This document shows positions 28,501 through 43,590 of a DNA stretch of 64,000 nt, piece by piece (the stretch's first letter is position 1; every line of letters starts with the position of its first letter). Below the pieces are notes generated by a model that had not been told where the DNA came from, made no database searches, and saw only the letters and a list, made by a program, of their open reading frames with translations. The DNA is taken from assembly GCA_009914755.4 (NCBI GenBank), contig CP068257.2, positions 10,400,001 to 10,464,000 of the forward strand, read 5' to 3'. Made by a program: the position numbers and the translations under genes. This DNA is from the human T2T-CHM13v2.0 reference genome, Homo sapiens.

Positions 28501-31500
28501 CTTGAATGGAATAGACTCGAATGGAATGGAATGAAATGGACTAGAATGGAATGGAATGGAATGGACTCGAAAGGAGTTGGATGGAATACAATGGAATGGA
28601 ATCCAACAGAATGGAATGGAATGGACTTGAATGGAATGGAATGCAATGGAATGGACTCGAAGGAATGGAATGGATTTGACTCGAATGGAATTGAAGGGAA
28701 TGGACCCGAATGGAATGGAGTTGAATTGAATGCAATGGAATGGATTGGGCTCAAATGGAATGGAATGGAATGGAATGGAAAATAATGGAATGGAATAGAA
28801 TGGGCTTGATTGGAATGGGATTGAATGGAATGGACTCGAATGGAATGGTATGGAGTGGACTCAAATGGAATAGCATGGAATGGAATGGACTTGAATAAAA
28901 TGGAATGGAATGGAATCGAATGGAATGGAATTGGCTTGAACGGAATGGAGTAGAATGGACTCATATGAAATGGAATGGCATTGAATGGACTTGAATGGAA
29001 TTTAATGTAATGGAGTGGAATGAACTCCAATGGAATGGAATGTAATTGAATGAAATGTACTCGAATGGAATGGAATGGAATGGACTTGAAAAGTATGGAG
29101 TGGAACGGAATGGAATGGGATGGATTGGAATGGAATGGAATGCAATGGAATGGAAAGAAATGGAATGCAGTTGAATTGAGCTGACCCGAAAGGAATGGAC
29201 TGGAATGGAATGGAATGCAATGAAATGCAGTGGTCTCAAATGGAATAGAACAGAACGGACTCTAATGGAATGGAATGGAATGGAGTCGAATGGAATGGAA
29301 TGGAATTGAATGGACTCGAATGGAAAGGAATGTAATGGAATGAAGTGGACCTGAATGGAATGGAATGGAATGGAATGGAATGAAATGGACTCGAATAGAA
29401 TGGAATGTAAAGGAATGAATTCGAATGGATTTGAAGGGAATTCAATTGAATTGAATGGATTCAAAAGGATTGGAATGGAATGTACTCGAATGGAATGGAA
29501 TGGAATGGACTCCAATTGGAAGGAATCCCCTTGAAGGGAGTGGAATGGAATGGAATCAACTCGAGTGGAATGGAATATGGAATGGAGTAGAGTGGAATGG
29601 AATATGGAATGGAAAGGAATGGACTCGAGTGGAATGGACTGGAAAGGAATGGACTCGAATGGAATGGACCCGAAAGGAATGGAATGGAATGGATTGGACT
29701 CGAATGGAATGGAATGGAATGGAATGGAATGGAATGGAATGGAATGTACTCGAATGGAATGGAATGGATTGGACTCATATCGAATGAAATGCAATGGATT
29801 CAAATGGAGTGGAAAAGACTCGAATGGAATGGAATGCACTGGAACCTAATGGAATGGAATGGAGTGGACTGTAATAGAATAGAATGAACTGGAATGGAAT
29901 GGAATGGATTTGAATGGAATGGAATGGACTCAAATGGAAAGGAATGCCGTCGAATGGAATGGAATGGAATGGAATCAACTGGAGTGCAATGGAATATGAA
30001 ACGGAATGTAATGGACTCAAGTGGAATGGGCTGGAAAGGGATGGACTCGAATGGAATGGAATGGAATGGAATGGACTTGAAAGGAATGGAATGGAATTGA
30101 ATGGAATGGAAAGGAATGGAATGGAATAGACTAAAATGGAATGGAAATGAATGCAATGGAATAGACTAAAATGGAATGGAATGGAATGGACTCAAATGGA
30201 ATGGAAGGCAATGGAAGTGAATGGAATGGAAAAGACTCGAATGGAATGGAACAGACAGGACCCGAATGAAATGGAATGGACTGTAATGGAATGGAATGGA
30301 CTTGAATGGAACAGAATGGAATGGAATGGACTCAAATGGAATGGAATTGAATGTACTCGTATGGAATGGAATGGACTCAAATGGAATGGAATGGAGTTTA
30401 ATGAAATGGATTCTAATGGAATGGAGTCCAATGGAATGGAATGGAAAGGAATGGAATCGAATGGAATAGAATGGAATGTACTCGACTGGACTGGAATGCA
30501 ATGGAATGCACTCAAATGGAATGGAATGGAATGGGCTCGAATGGAATGGAATGGAATTGAATGGTCTCGAAAGGGATGGAATGGAATGCAATGGAGTGGA
30601 ATCGAATGGAATGGAATGGATTTGACTCGAATAGAATTGAAGGGTGTGGACCCAAATGGAATGGAATGGAATGGAATGTACTCGAGTAGTACGGAATGAA
30701 AAGGTATGGACTCGAAAGGAATGGAATTGAATAGAATGGACTCGAATGGAATGGAATAGAAGGGAATGGAATGGAATGGATTCAAATGGAATGTATTGGT
30801 TTGGAATAGACACGAATGAAATGGAATGGAATGGACCCAAATGGAATAGAATGGAATGGATGGAATGGACTATAATGGAATGGATTGGACTCGAATGGAA
30901 TGCAATTGAAAGGGATGGACTTGAAGGGAATATAATGAAATGGAATGGACTCGAATGGAATGGAAATGCGTGGACTCAAATGGAATAGCATGCAGTGGAC
31001 ACGAATGGAATGCAGTGGAATGGAATGGACTCGTATGGAATAGAGTGGCATGGACTCGAATGGAATGGAATTTAATTGAATGGACTCAAAAGGAATGGAA
31101 TGGAGGGACTTGAATGGAATGTAACAGAATGAAAAGGGCTCCAATGTAATATAATGGAAAGGAATGGACTCGATGGAGAAGAATAGAGTGGAATGGAATG
31201 CAATCGAATGGAATGAAATGGAATTGAATCGAATGGAATAGAAAGTAATGGACACGAATAGAAAGGAATGAAATGGAAGGGACTTGAATGCAATGCAGTG
31301 GAGTGGACTCGAAAGGAATGGAAAGGAATTTAATGTACTTGAATCGAATGGAATATAATGTTATGGAATGGAATGCCATGGACCTGAATGGAATAGAATG
31401 GAATGGAAAGGAATGGACTAGAATGGAATAGAATGAATGGACTCGAATAGAAAGGAATGAAATCGAATGGACTCGAATGCAATGGAGTGGAGTGGACTAG

Positions 31501-32154
31501 AATGGAATGGAAAGGAATTTAATGTACTCGAATCGAATGGTATGTAATGTTATGGAATGTACTCGTATGTAATGGAAAGAAATGGACCTGAATGGAATGG
31601 AATGGAATGGAAAGGCATGGACTCGAATGGAATGGAATGAAGTGGAGCCGAATGGCGTGGAATGGAATGGAATGCACTCGAATGGAATAAAAGGGAATGG
31701 ACACAAATGGAATGGTATGGAATGCAATGGAATGCAATGCAATGAAATGATATGGATTGGAATGGACAACAATGGAATAGAATGGGATGGAATGGAATCA
31801 CTTCAAAAGGAATGGAATGGAATAGACTCCAACGGAATGGAAAGGCCAGGAATTGAATGGAATGGAATGGAACGGACTCGAATGTAACAGAATGGAATTT
31901 AAAGTAATGGACTCCAATGGACTGCAATGGAATGATCTCGAATGGAATAGAATGGAATGGAATGGACTCAAATGGAATGGAATGGAATGGACTCTAATGG
32001 TATGAAATGGACACGAATGGAATGAAATGGAATGGAATTAACTGGAATGGAATACAATGGAATTTTAATGGAAAGGAAACTAATGGAATGGAATGGAATG
32101 GAATTGAATGGAATAGACTCGAATGGGATGGAATGTAATGGAACAGACTTGAAT

Positions 32155-32400
32155 GGAATAGAATGGAATGGACTCGAATTGAATGGAATGGAATTGAATG
32201 GACTCGAAAGGATTCGGCTGTAATACAATGGAATGCAATCCAATGGAATGGAATGGAATGGAATGGAACGGATTCAAATGGAATAGAATGGAATGGACTC
32301 GAATTGAATGGAATGGAATTGAATGGACTCGAAAGGATTCGGATGTAATACAATGGAATGCAATCCAGTGGAATGGAATGGAATGGACTCGAGTGGAAAG
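32155..32400 (+). repeat. 2 x ~125 bp tandem duplication within the 3.5 kb higher-order repeat
   Basis: GAATAGAATGGAATGGACTCGAATTGAATGGAATGGAATTGAATGGACTCGAAAGGATTCGG(C/A)TGTAATACAATGGAATGCAATCCA(A/G)TGGAATGG at ~32155 and ~32281. ORFs 32198+ and 32323+ both start MDSKGFGCNTMECNP. Confidence 0.85.
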
Positions 32401-33329
32401 GATTGCAATGGAATGGACTCGAAGGAATGGAATGGAATTGATTCGAATGGGTTTGAAGGGAATGGACCCGAATGGAATGGAATGGACTGGAATTCAATGC
32501 AATGGAATGGATTGGGCTCAAATGGAATGGAATGGAAAAGAATGGAATGGAATAGAATGGACTGGAGTGGAATGGGTTTGTATGGAATGGAATGGAACAG
32601 AATGGACTCAAACAGAATACCATGGAATGGAATGGACTCAAATACAATGGAATGGAATGGACTCGAAAGGAATGGAATGGACTCGAACGGAATGGAGTGG
32701 AATGGACTCATATGGAATGTAATGGCCCTCAATGGACTCGAATGGAATTAAATGTTATGGAATGGAATGAACTCGAATGGAATGTAACGTAAAGGAATGA
32801 AATGTGCTCCAATGGAAAGGAATGGACTCTAAAGGAATGGAGTGGAATTGAATGGGTTGGAATGGAATGGAATGGAATGGAATGCAGTGGAATGGACACG
32901 AATGGAATGCAGTTGAATTGAATGGACCCAAAAGTAATGGAATGGAATGTTATGGAATGCAGTGGTCTCGAATGGAATGGAATAGAATGAACTTGAATGG
33001 AATGGAACGGACTCGAATGCAATTGAGTGGAATGGACTGGACTCTAATGGAATGGCATGGAATGCACGCGAATGGAATGGAATGTTATGGAAAATAAAGG
33101 ACTCGAATGGAACGGAAAGAATGGAATGGACCAAAATGGAGTGGAATGGAATGCAATGGACTCTAATGGAATGGAATGGAATGGACCCGAGTGGAATGGA
33201 ATGGAATGGACTGAAATGGAATAGCATGGAATGGAATGGAGTCAAATGAAATGGAATGGAAGAGACTCAAGTAGAATGGCTTAGAATGGAATGGACTCGA
33301 CTGGAATGAAATGGAATGGACCAGAAATG

Positions 33330-33545
33330 AATGGAATGGAATGGAATGGAATGCAATGGAATGGAATGGAATGGAATGGAATGGAATGGAATGGAATGCA
33401 ATGGAATGGAATGGAATGGAATGGAATGGAATGGAATGGAATGGAATGGAATGGAATGCAATGGAATGGAATGGAATGCAATGGAATGGAATGGAATGGA
33501 ATGCAATGGAATGGAATGGAATGGAATGGAATGGAATGGAATGGA
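33330..33545 (+). repeat. Near-pure (AATGG)n tract of ~43 units with periodic GCAATGG variant
   Basis: AATGGAATGGAATGGAATGCAATGG... is the least-diverged stretch in the window. ORFs 33311+, 33331+ and 33291+ are pure MEWNGMEWNAMEWNG repeats. Confidence 0.9.
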
Positions 33546-36500
33546 ATGGAATGGACTCCAGTGGAATGGACTGGAATGGAATGGAATGGAATGGAATGGA
33601 CCCAAAAGGAATGGAATGGACTTGAATGGAATGGAAAGGAATGGAAAGGAATGGACTCGAATGGAATGGAATGGACTCAAATGGATTGGAATGCAATGGA
33701 CTCGAAAGGAATAGAAAAGACTCGAATGGAATGGAATGGACTGGACCCGAATGGAATGGAATGGACTGGAATGGAATGGAATGGAATGGAATGGAATGGA
33801 ATGGAATGGAATTGACTGGAATGGATTTGAATAGAATAGAATGGAATGGAATGGAATGGAATGGAATGGAATGGACACAAATGGAATGGAATTGAATGGA
33901 CTAAAATGGAATGGAATGGACTCGAATGGAATGGAACGGAATTTAATGGAATGGATTCTAATGGAATGGAGTCCAAAGGAATGGAATGGAATTGAATTGA
34001 ATGGAATAGAATGGAATATACTTGAATGGAAAGGAATGCAATGGAATGGACTCAAATGGAATGGAAAGGACTGGGCTCTAATGGAATGGAATGGAAATGA
34101 ATGGTCTCAAAAGGGATAGAATGGAATGCAAAGGAATGGAATCGAATGGAATGGAATGGATTTGACTCGAATGGAATTGAATGGTATGGTCACGAATGGA
34201 ATGGAATGGAGTGGAATGTACTCGAGTAGAATGGAATGGAAATGTATGGACTCGAATTGAATGGAGTTCAATGGAATGGACTTGAATGGAATGGAATGGA
34301 ATGGATTCGAATGGAATGGAGTTGAATGGAATGGACTGGAATGGAATGGAATGGATTCGAATGGAATGGTTTGGAATGGAATAGACACGAATGAAATGGA
34401 ATGGAATGGACTCAAATGGAATAGAATGGAATGGAATGGATTCGAATGGAATGGATTGGACTGGAGTGGAATGAAATTGAATGGAATGGAGTCGAATGGA
34501 ATATAATGGAATGGAATGGACTCGAATGGAATGGAAAAGAATGCAATCAAATGGAATAGAATGCAATGGACACGAATGGAATGGAGTAGAATGGAATGGA
34601 CTCGTATGGAATGGAGTGGCATGGACTTGAATGGAATGGAATTTAATTGAAAGGACTGGAAAGGAATTGAATGGAATGGACTCGAATGGAATGTAAAGGA
34701 AAGAAAAGGACTCGAATGGAATGGAATGGAATGGAAAGGAATGGACCCAATGGATAGGAATGGAGTGGAATGGAATGGAATGGAATGCATTCGAATGGAA
34801 TGGAATGGAATTGACTCGAATGGAATAGAAACGAATAGACTCGAATAGAATGGAAGGCAATGGAATGGACTCGATTGAAATGGAAAGGAATTTAGTGAAC
34901 TTGAATCAAACGGAATGTAATGTTATGGAATGGACTCCTATGGAATGGAGTGGAATGGCCCCGAATGGAATGTAATGGAACAGAAAGGAATGGGCTCGAA
35001 TTGAATGAAATGGAGTGGACCCGAATAGGGTAGAATGGGATGGATTGCATTCGAATGGAATGAAAGGGAATGGAACCGACTGGAATGGAATGGAATGGAA
35101 TGGAATGGAATGGAATGGAATGGAATGCAATGGAATGCAATGGAATGGAATGTTATGGATTTGATTGGACATGAATGGAATAGAATAGGATGGAATGGAA
35201 TGAATTAAAAAGGAATGGAATGGAATGGACTCCAATGGAATGGGAAGTCCAGGAACTGAATGGAATGGACTCAAATAGAATAAATTGGAATTTAAAGGAA
35301 TGCAATCCAGTGGAATGCAATGGAATGGTCTCGAATGGAATAGAATGGAATGGAACAGAATGGACTCGAATGGAATGCAATGGAATCGAATAGAATGGAA
35401 TGAAATGGACACGAAAGGAATGGAAAGGAATGCAATGAACTGGAATGGAATACAATGGAATTTTAATGGAAAGGACACTAATGGTGTGGAATGGAATGGA
35501 CTTGAATGGAATAGAATGGAAAACACTCATGGAATGGAATGGAATGGAATGGAATGGAATGGAATGGACACAAATGGAATACAATAGAATGGACTCGAAT
35601 GGAATGGAATGTAATTGGATGGACTCCAAAGGAGTCGGATGGAATACAATGGAATGGAATCCAATGGAATGAAATGGAATGGATTCGAATGGAATGGAAT
35701 GCAATGGAATGGACTCGAAGGAATGGAATGGAAATGACTCAAAAGGACTTGAAGGGAATGGACCCGAATGGAATGAAATGGAATGGAATGGACTCGAATT
35801 GAATCCAATGGAATGGATTTGCCTCAAATGGAATGGAATGGAATGGAATGGAAAAGAATGAAATGGAACAGAATGGACTGGATTGGAATGGGTTTGAATG
35901 GAATGGACTCGAATGGAATGGAATGGAATGGACTCAAATGTAATAGCGTGGAACGGAATGGATTCGAATACAATGGAATGGAATGGACTCAAATAGAATG
36001 GAATTAGCTCGAACGGAATGGAGTGGAATGGACCCATATGGGATGGAATTGTATTGAATGGACTAGGATGGAATTTGTTGTAACAGAGTGGAATGAACTC
36101 GAATGGAATGGAATGAAAATGAACGAAATGTGTTCGAATGGAATGGAATGGAATGGATTCGAATGGAATGGAGTGGAATGGAATGGAATGGAATGGAATG
36201 GAATGGACTTGAATGGAATGGATTGGAATATACTGGACTTGAATTGAATGCCATGGAATGCACCCAAATGGAATGGAATGTTATGGAAAATAATGGACTC
36301 GAATGTAATGGAATGGAAAGGAATGGACCAAATTGGATTGGAATGCAACGCAATGGAGTTGAATGGAATGGAATGGAATGGACTCTAATGGAATGGAATG
36401 GAAAGGAATGGAATGGAATGGACTGGAATAGAATAGCATGTAATGCAATTGACTCGAATGCAATGGAGAGGAATGGACTTGAATGGAATGGAATGGAGTC

Positions 36501-39500
36501 GAACAGAATGGATTGGACTGCACTTGAATGGAATGGAATGGAATTGAATGGACTCGAAAGGAATGGAATGTAACGGAACGGAATGAACTCGAATGGAATG
36601 GAATGGAAAGGAATGAACCTGAAAGGAATGGAATGGAATGGATTGGACTCGAATCGAATGGAATGGAATGCAATTAAATGGACTCAAATTGAAAGGAATG
36701 CAATGGACCCAAATGGAATGGAAAAGACTGGAATGGAATGGAATGCAATGGACTGGAATGGAATGGAATGGACTGGAATGGAAAGGAATGGATTCGAATG
36801 GAATACAAAGGAATGGAATGGACTGAAATGGAATGGAATTGAGTGGACTGAAATGGAGGGGAATGGACTCGAATGAATGGAATGGAATTTAATGAAATGG
36901 ATTCTAATGGAATGGAGACCAGTTGAATGGAATGGAATGGACTCGAATGGAATGTAAAGGAATATACTCGAAGGGAATGAAATGCAATGGAATAAACTCG
37001 AATGGAATGGAATGGAATGGGCTCGAAAGGAATGTAACGGAATTGAATGGTCTCGAATGTGATGGAATTGAATTCAATGGAATAGAATCAAATGAAATGG
37101 AATCGAATTCACTCGAATGGAATTGAAGGGTATGGACCCGTATGGAATGGAATGGAATGGAATGGACTCGAATAGTATGGAATGGAAAGATATGGACTCG
37201 AATGGAACGGAATTGAAAGGAATGGACTTGAATGGAATGGAATGGAATGGATTCGAATTGAATGGTTTGGAAAGGAATGCACTTGAATGGAAAGGAATCA
37301 AATGGAATATAATGGAATGCAATGGACTCGAATGGAATGGAATGGAATGGAATGGACCCAAATGGAATGGATTGGACAGGAATGCAATGCAATTGAATGG
37401 AATGGACTGGAATGGAATAGAATGGAAGGGAATGGACCGAAATGGAATGGAAATGTATGGACTCGAATGGAATAGAATGCAATGGACTCAAATGGAATGG
37501 AGTGGAGTGGAATGGACTCGAAAGAAATGGAGTGGCATGGACTCGAAAAGAATGGAATGGAATGGAATGGAATGGATTGGACTCGAAAGGATTGGAATGG
37601 AATGAACTCGAGTGGAATGGAATGGAATAGAATGGACACGAATGGAATGGAATGGAATGAAATTGAATGGATTCAAATTGAATGGAATGGAATGGAATGA
37701 AATGAACTCAAAGTTAATGGAATGGAAAGGAATGGACTCAACGGAATGGAATGGAATGGCCTCAAACGGAATGCAATTGAATTGAATTTACTTGAAAGAA
37801 ATATAATGGAATGGAATGGAATGGAATGGAATGGAATGGAATCAAATGGAATTAAATGGAATGGACTCGAATGGAATGGACTGGACTCGAATGGAATGGA
37901 ATGGACTGCACACAGGTGGAATGGAATGGACTCAGGTGGAATGGAATGGAATCCAATGGACTCGAGGGGAGTGGAGTGGAATGGACTCAAACGGTATGGA
38001 ACGGAATTGAATAGAATGGAAAGGAATGAAATGGACTCGACTGGAACGGAACGGCATGGAAATGAGTAGAACGTAATGGAATGGAAAAGAATGGACTCGA
38101 ACGGAATGGAAAGGACTCAAACGGAACGGAAATTACTCAAATGCAATGGAATGAACTCGAATGGAATGGAATGAAATGGAATGGACTTGAATGGAAAAGA
38201 ATGGAATTGAATGGAATGGACTTGAATGGAATGGAATGGACTCGAATTGAATTGAATGGAATGGACACGAATGGAGTGGAATGCAATTTAATGGATTCGT
38301 ATGGAATGGAATGGACTCGAATGTATTGGAATGGAATGGAAATGACTCGAATGGTTTGGAATGGAATTGAATGGACCCGAAAGGAAAGGAATGAGATACA
38401 ATGGAAAGGACTCGAATGAAATGGAATGGAATGCAATCGAAGTGAATGGAATGGATTCGAAGGGAATGAACTCGAATGGAACGGACCTGAATGGAATGGA
38501 ATGGGATGGTATGGACTCGAATGGAATATAATATAATGTACTCGAATGGAATGGTATGCAATGGAAAGACCTTGAATGAAATGGAATGGAGAGGACCTGA
38601 ATTGAATGGAATGGATTTGAATGGTCTCGAAAGAATGGAATGGAATGCAATGCAGTGGACTGGAATGCATTGGAATGGAATGGACTCAAATGGAATGGAA
38701 TGGACTAGAAAGGAATTGAGTGGAATGGAACAGACTCGAATGGAATGGACTCGATTGGAATTGAATGGAATGGAATGGACTTGAGCGGAACGGAATGGAA
38801 TGGACATGAATGGAAAGGAATGGCATGGACTCGAATGCAATGGAATGGAAAGGAATGGAAAGGAATTTATTGGAATGCAATGGAATGGAATGGAATGTTC
38901 TGGAATGCAGTGGAATGGAATGGGATTAAATGGAATGGAATGGAATGGAATGGACCTGAATAGAATGGAATGGAATGACTTGAATACAATGGAAGGGAAT
39001 GGACTCGAATGGAATGGAGTGGAATGCATTCGACTGGAATGGAATGGAATTGAATGGACTTGAATCAAATGGAATATAATGCAATGGACTCGAATGGAAT
39101 GGAATAGAATGGTCTCGAATGGAATGGAATGGAATGAACTCAAAGGGAATGAATGGAATTTAGTCAAATGCAATGGAATTGACTCAAATGGAATGGAGTG
39201 CAATTTAATGGACTCGAATGGAATGGAATGGAATGGAATTTAATGGACTCGAATGGAATGGAATGAAAAGGAATGGACTTGAATGGACTGGAATGGAATA
39301 AAGTGGACTCAAATGGATTGGAATGGAATTGAATGGACTCAAAAGGAAAGGAATGGAATACGACGGAATTGACTCAAATGGATTGGAATGGAATGCAGTA
39401 GAATGGAATGGAATGGACTCCAAAGGAATGGAGTGGAATGGAATGGACTCGAATGGATAAAATTGAATGGGATGGACTTGAATGGAATGGAATGGGATGG

Positions 39501-41580
39501 ACTTGAATGGAATGGCATGCAATGGAAAGTTCTTGAATGGAATGGAAAAGAAAGTATTCGAATGGAATGGAATGGAATTGAACGCACTCGAAAAAATGGA
39601 ATGGAATGCAATCAAATGGACTGGAATGGATTGGAATGGAATGGACTCGAATGGAATGGAATGGAATCGAAAGGAATGGAAAGGAATGGATTGGACTCCA
39701 ATGGAATGTAATGGAATAGACTCGAATGAAATTGAATGGAATGGAATGGACTCGAAAGGAATGGAATGTAATGGAACGGATATGAATGAAATGGAATTGA
39801 ATGGACTCAAATGCAATGGAATGGAATGGAATGCACTCGAATGCAATGGAATGGATTGGAATGGAATGGAATGGACCTGAATAGAATGGAAAGTAATGGA
39901 CTCCATAGGAATGGAATGTAATGGACGCGAATGGAATGAAATGGAAAGGAATGGAGCCTAATTGAATGGAATGAAATGCAACGGAATTGAATAGACTCGC
40001 ATGGAATTGAATGGAATGGAATGGATTCGAATGGAATGGAATGCAATGAAATGGAGACGAATGGAATGGAATGGAATGGAATGGAGGGAAGTTGAATAAA
40101 GTGGAATGGAATGGAATGAAATTGAATGGAATGGAATGAACTTGAATGGAATGGAATGGAATGAACACAGATGGAATGGAATGTAATGGAAAGGAATACA
40201 CTCAAATGTAATGCAATGTAATGTAATAGAAAGTAATGGACTCGAATTGAATGGAATGGAATGGACTCGAATGGAAAGGAAAGGTATCGAATGGAATAGA
40301 ATGGAATGGAATGGACTCCAGTGAAATGGAATGCACTCAAATGGAATGGAATGGAATGAAAAGAATGGAATGGACTCGAATGGAATGGATTGGAGTGGAA
40401 TGAACTCTAATGGAATGGAAGGTAATGGAATGGAATGGAGTCGAAAGGAATGGAATGGAATGGAAAGGAATGGACTCGAACAGAATGGAATGGAATACAA
40501 TGGATTCGAATGAAATGGAAAGGTATGGAATGGACTCGAATGGAATGGAATGGTCTCCAATGGAATGAAATGAAATGGAATGGAATGGAAAGAAATGGAA
40601 TGGAATGGAATGGACTCGAATGCAATGGGAGGGAAAGGACACAAATTCAATAGAATGGAATGGAAACTAATGTAATGGAATGAATTGGAATGGACTCGAA
40701 TGGAATGGAATGGAATGCAGTCAAATGGAATGGCATGGCATAGAACGGTTTGGAATGGAATGGAATCGAATGGAATGGAATGGAATGAAGTGGAATTGAC
40801 TTGAATGGATTAGAATGGACTCGAAAAGAATGGAATGGAATGGAATGGAATGGAATGGAATGGAATGGAATGGAATGGAATGGAATTTATTGGTCTCGAA
40901 TGGATTGGAATGGAATGGAATGGACTCGAATGCAATGGAATGGAATGGAATGGAATGGAATGGAATGGAATGGAATGGAATGGAATGGCATGGAATTGCC
41001 CTGAATCGAGTGGAGTGGAATGGAATGGAATCTAATGGAATAGAATGGAATGGACTTGAATTGAATGCAATGTAATTTAATGGACTCATAAGGAATGGAA
41101 TGAAATGCGATGGAATGGACTCGAATGGAATGGAATGGAATGCACCCGAATGGAATGGAATGGACTCGAATGGAATTGATTGGAATTTAATGGACTAGAA
41201 TGGATTTGAATAGAATGCACTCGAATGGAATGGAATGGACTCAAATGTAATGGAGTGGAATATAATGGAATAGAATGGAATGGAATGGAATGGAACGAAC
41301 TCAAATGGAATGGAGTGGAATGGGCTCGAATGGGATGGATTCGAATGGAATGGAATCGAATGGAATGGAATGGACTCTAATGGAACGTAATGGAATGGAC
41401 TCGAATGGAATGGAATGAAATGGAATCGATTGGAATTGAATGGAATGGAATGGACTCGAACGGAATCGAATATAATGGAACTGAAATGAATGGAAAAGAA
41501 CGTAACGGAAAGGAATCAAATGCAGTGGGATGGGATGGAATGGAATGGAATGGAATGGAATGGAATGGAATGGAATGGAT

Positions 41581-41700
41581 TGGAATGGAATGGACCTGAG
41601 TGGAATGGAATTGAATGGACTCGACTGGAATTAAATGGAATGGAATGGAATGGACCTGAGTGGAATGGAATTGAATGGACTCGACTGGAATTAAATGGAA
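41581..41700 (+). repeat. Exact 2 x 60 bp tandem duplication
   Basis: 41581-41640 and 41641-41700 are identical: TGGAATGGAATGGACCTGAGTGGAATGGAATTGAATGGACTCGACTGGAATTAAATGGAA. Confidence 0.95.
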
Positions 41701-43590
41701 TGGAATGGACTCAAATGGCATGCAATGTACTCGAATAGAATTGAATGTAATGGACTCGAATGGAAAGTAATGGAATGGAATGGAATCTAATGGGATACAA
41801 TGGAATTTAATGGAATTGACTCGAATGGAATTGAATGGAATAGAACCGAATAGTGGAATGGACTAGAATAGAATGAAATGTAATGGACTCGAATGCAATG
41901 GAATGGAAAGGACTTGAATGGAATGCAATGGAATGGACTTGAATGGAATGGAATGGAATTGACTCGAATGGAATTGAATGGAATGGACAGAATGGAATGA
42001 ATTGGAATGGAATAGAATGGACTCGAATGGAATGGAATGGAATGGACTCGAATGAAATATAATGGATTTGATTGGACACAAAGGGAATGGAATGTACACG
42101 AGTGGAACGGACTCGAATGGAATGGAATGGAATGGAGGATTCAAAAGGAATAGAATGGATTGGAATGGACTCTAATGGAAAGGAATGGAATGGACTCGAA
42201 TGAAATGGAATGGACTCAAATAGAATGGAATGGAATCGAATCGAATAGAATGGAATGGAATGGAATGTCCTCGAATGGAATGAAATGGAATGGAGTCGAA
42301 TGGAATGGAGTAGAATGGAATGGACTCGAAAGGAGTGGAGTGGAATGGATTCGAATAAAAAGGATGGAATTGAATGGACTCAAATGGAGTGGAATGAACC
42401 GATTGGAATGGACTAGAATGGAATGAAATGTAATGGAATGAAATGGACTCGAATGGAATGGAATGGAATGAAATGGAATGGATTGGAATTTTATGTAATA
42501 TATTTGAATGGACTCGAATGGAATGCAATTGAATTGAATGGACTCGAAAGGAATTAAATGGCAAGGAATGGAATGGAATCGAATAGAATGGACTCAACTG
42601 GAATGGAATGGAATGGACTCGAATTGAAGGGAGTGCCCTCGAATGGAATGAATGGAATGGAATCAATTCGAGTGGAATGGAATACGGAATGTAACGGAAT
42701 GGACTCGGGTGGAATGGACTGGAATAGAATGGACTGGAATGGAATGGAATGCAACCGAAAGGAATGGACTGGAATGGAATGGACTCGAATGGAAAGGAAC
42801 GGATGGAATGCAATGGACTCGAATGGAATGGAATGGAATGGAGGGACTAGAGTTGAATAGAATACAATGGACTCGCATGGAACGGAATGCCCTCGAATGG
42901 AATGGAATGGAATGGAGTCAACTCGAGTGCAATGGAATATGTAATAGAATGGAATGGACACGAGTGGAATGGGCTGGAATGGAATGGAATAGAATGGAAT
43001 GGAATGCACTCGAATAGAATGTAATGGAATGGACTCGAATGGAATGGAATGGACACGAATGGAATGCAATGGAATAGACTAGAATGGAATGGAATAGAAT
43101 TGACTCGACTGGAATGGAATGGAGTCTAATAGAATGTAATGGAATGGAATGGAATGGAATGGAATGGAATGGAATGGACTCGAATGGAATGCAATGGAAT
43201 GGCCCCGAATGGATTGCAATGGAATTGACTCGAATGGAATGGAATGGAATGGAATAGACCCTAATGGAATGCAATGGAAAGGAATGGTATGTAGTCTAAT
43301 GGAGTGGAATGGAATGGACTGGAATGGACTCAAATGCAATGTAATGGAATTTAATGGACACGAATGGAATGGAATGGACTCGAATGGAATGGACGCGAAT
43401 GGAATGGAATAGAATGGATTCAAAAGGAATAGAATGGATTGTAATGGTCTCGAATGGAATAGAATGGAATGGAATGGACTCGAATAAAATAGAATAGAAT
43501 AGAATGGAATGGAATGGACTCGCATGGAATGAAATGGAATGGAGTCAAATGGAATGGAGTCTAAAGGATTCGAGTGAAATGGAATGGAAT

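Larger units (their letters stand above)
26600..37600 (+). repeat. Higher-order repeat, about 3.4-3.6 kb period, at least 3 full copies plus a shortened 4th, beginning at the domain A/B junction
   Basis: Phase markers recur at GAATGGTCTCGAAAGGGATGGAATGGAATGCAA (27134, 30559, 34099; spacings 3425 and 3540). AATTTTAATGG recurs at ~28457, 32061, 35459. GGACTCGAAGGAATGG recurs at 28663, 32415, 35711. GTACTCGAGTAGTATGG-type recurs at ~27257, 30685, 34218, with a variant at ~37170 that implies a ~0.5 kb deletion in the 4th copy. Copies differ by indels of tens to hundreds of bp. Confidence 0.7.
26501..43590 (+). repeat. Satellite domain B: HSat3-like (GGAAT)n array rich in AATGGACTCGAATGG and CAACYCGAGTG variants
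   Basis: Pentamer AATGG dominant. ACTCGAATGG recurs every ~20-80 bp. CAACTCGAGTG-type motif at ~29560, 42660, 42915. AGTGG blocks become rare after ~26.5 kb. Boundary is +/-50 bp. Confidence 0.85.

Noticed and set aside
26600-37600. Confident assignment of the 3.5 kb higher-order repeat to Y-chromosomal DYZ1
   Set aside because: Only the period matches. The copies are too divergent and the array abuts a different satellite type. This needs alignment to a DYZ1 consensus, so it is kept as a hypothesis only.
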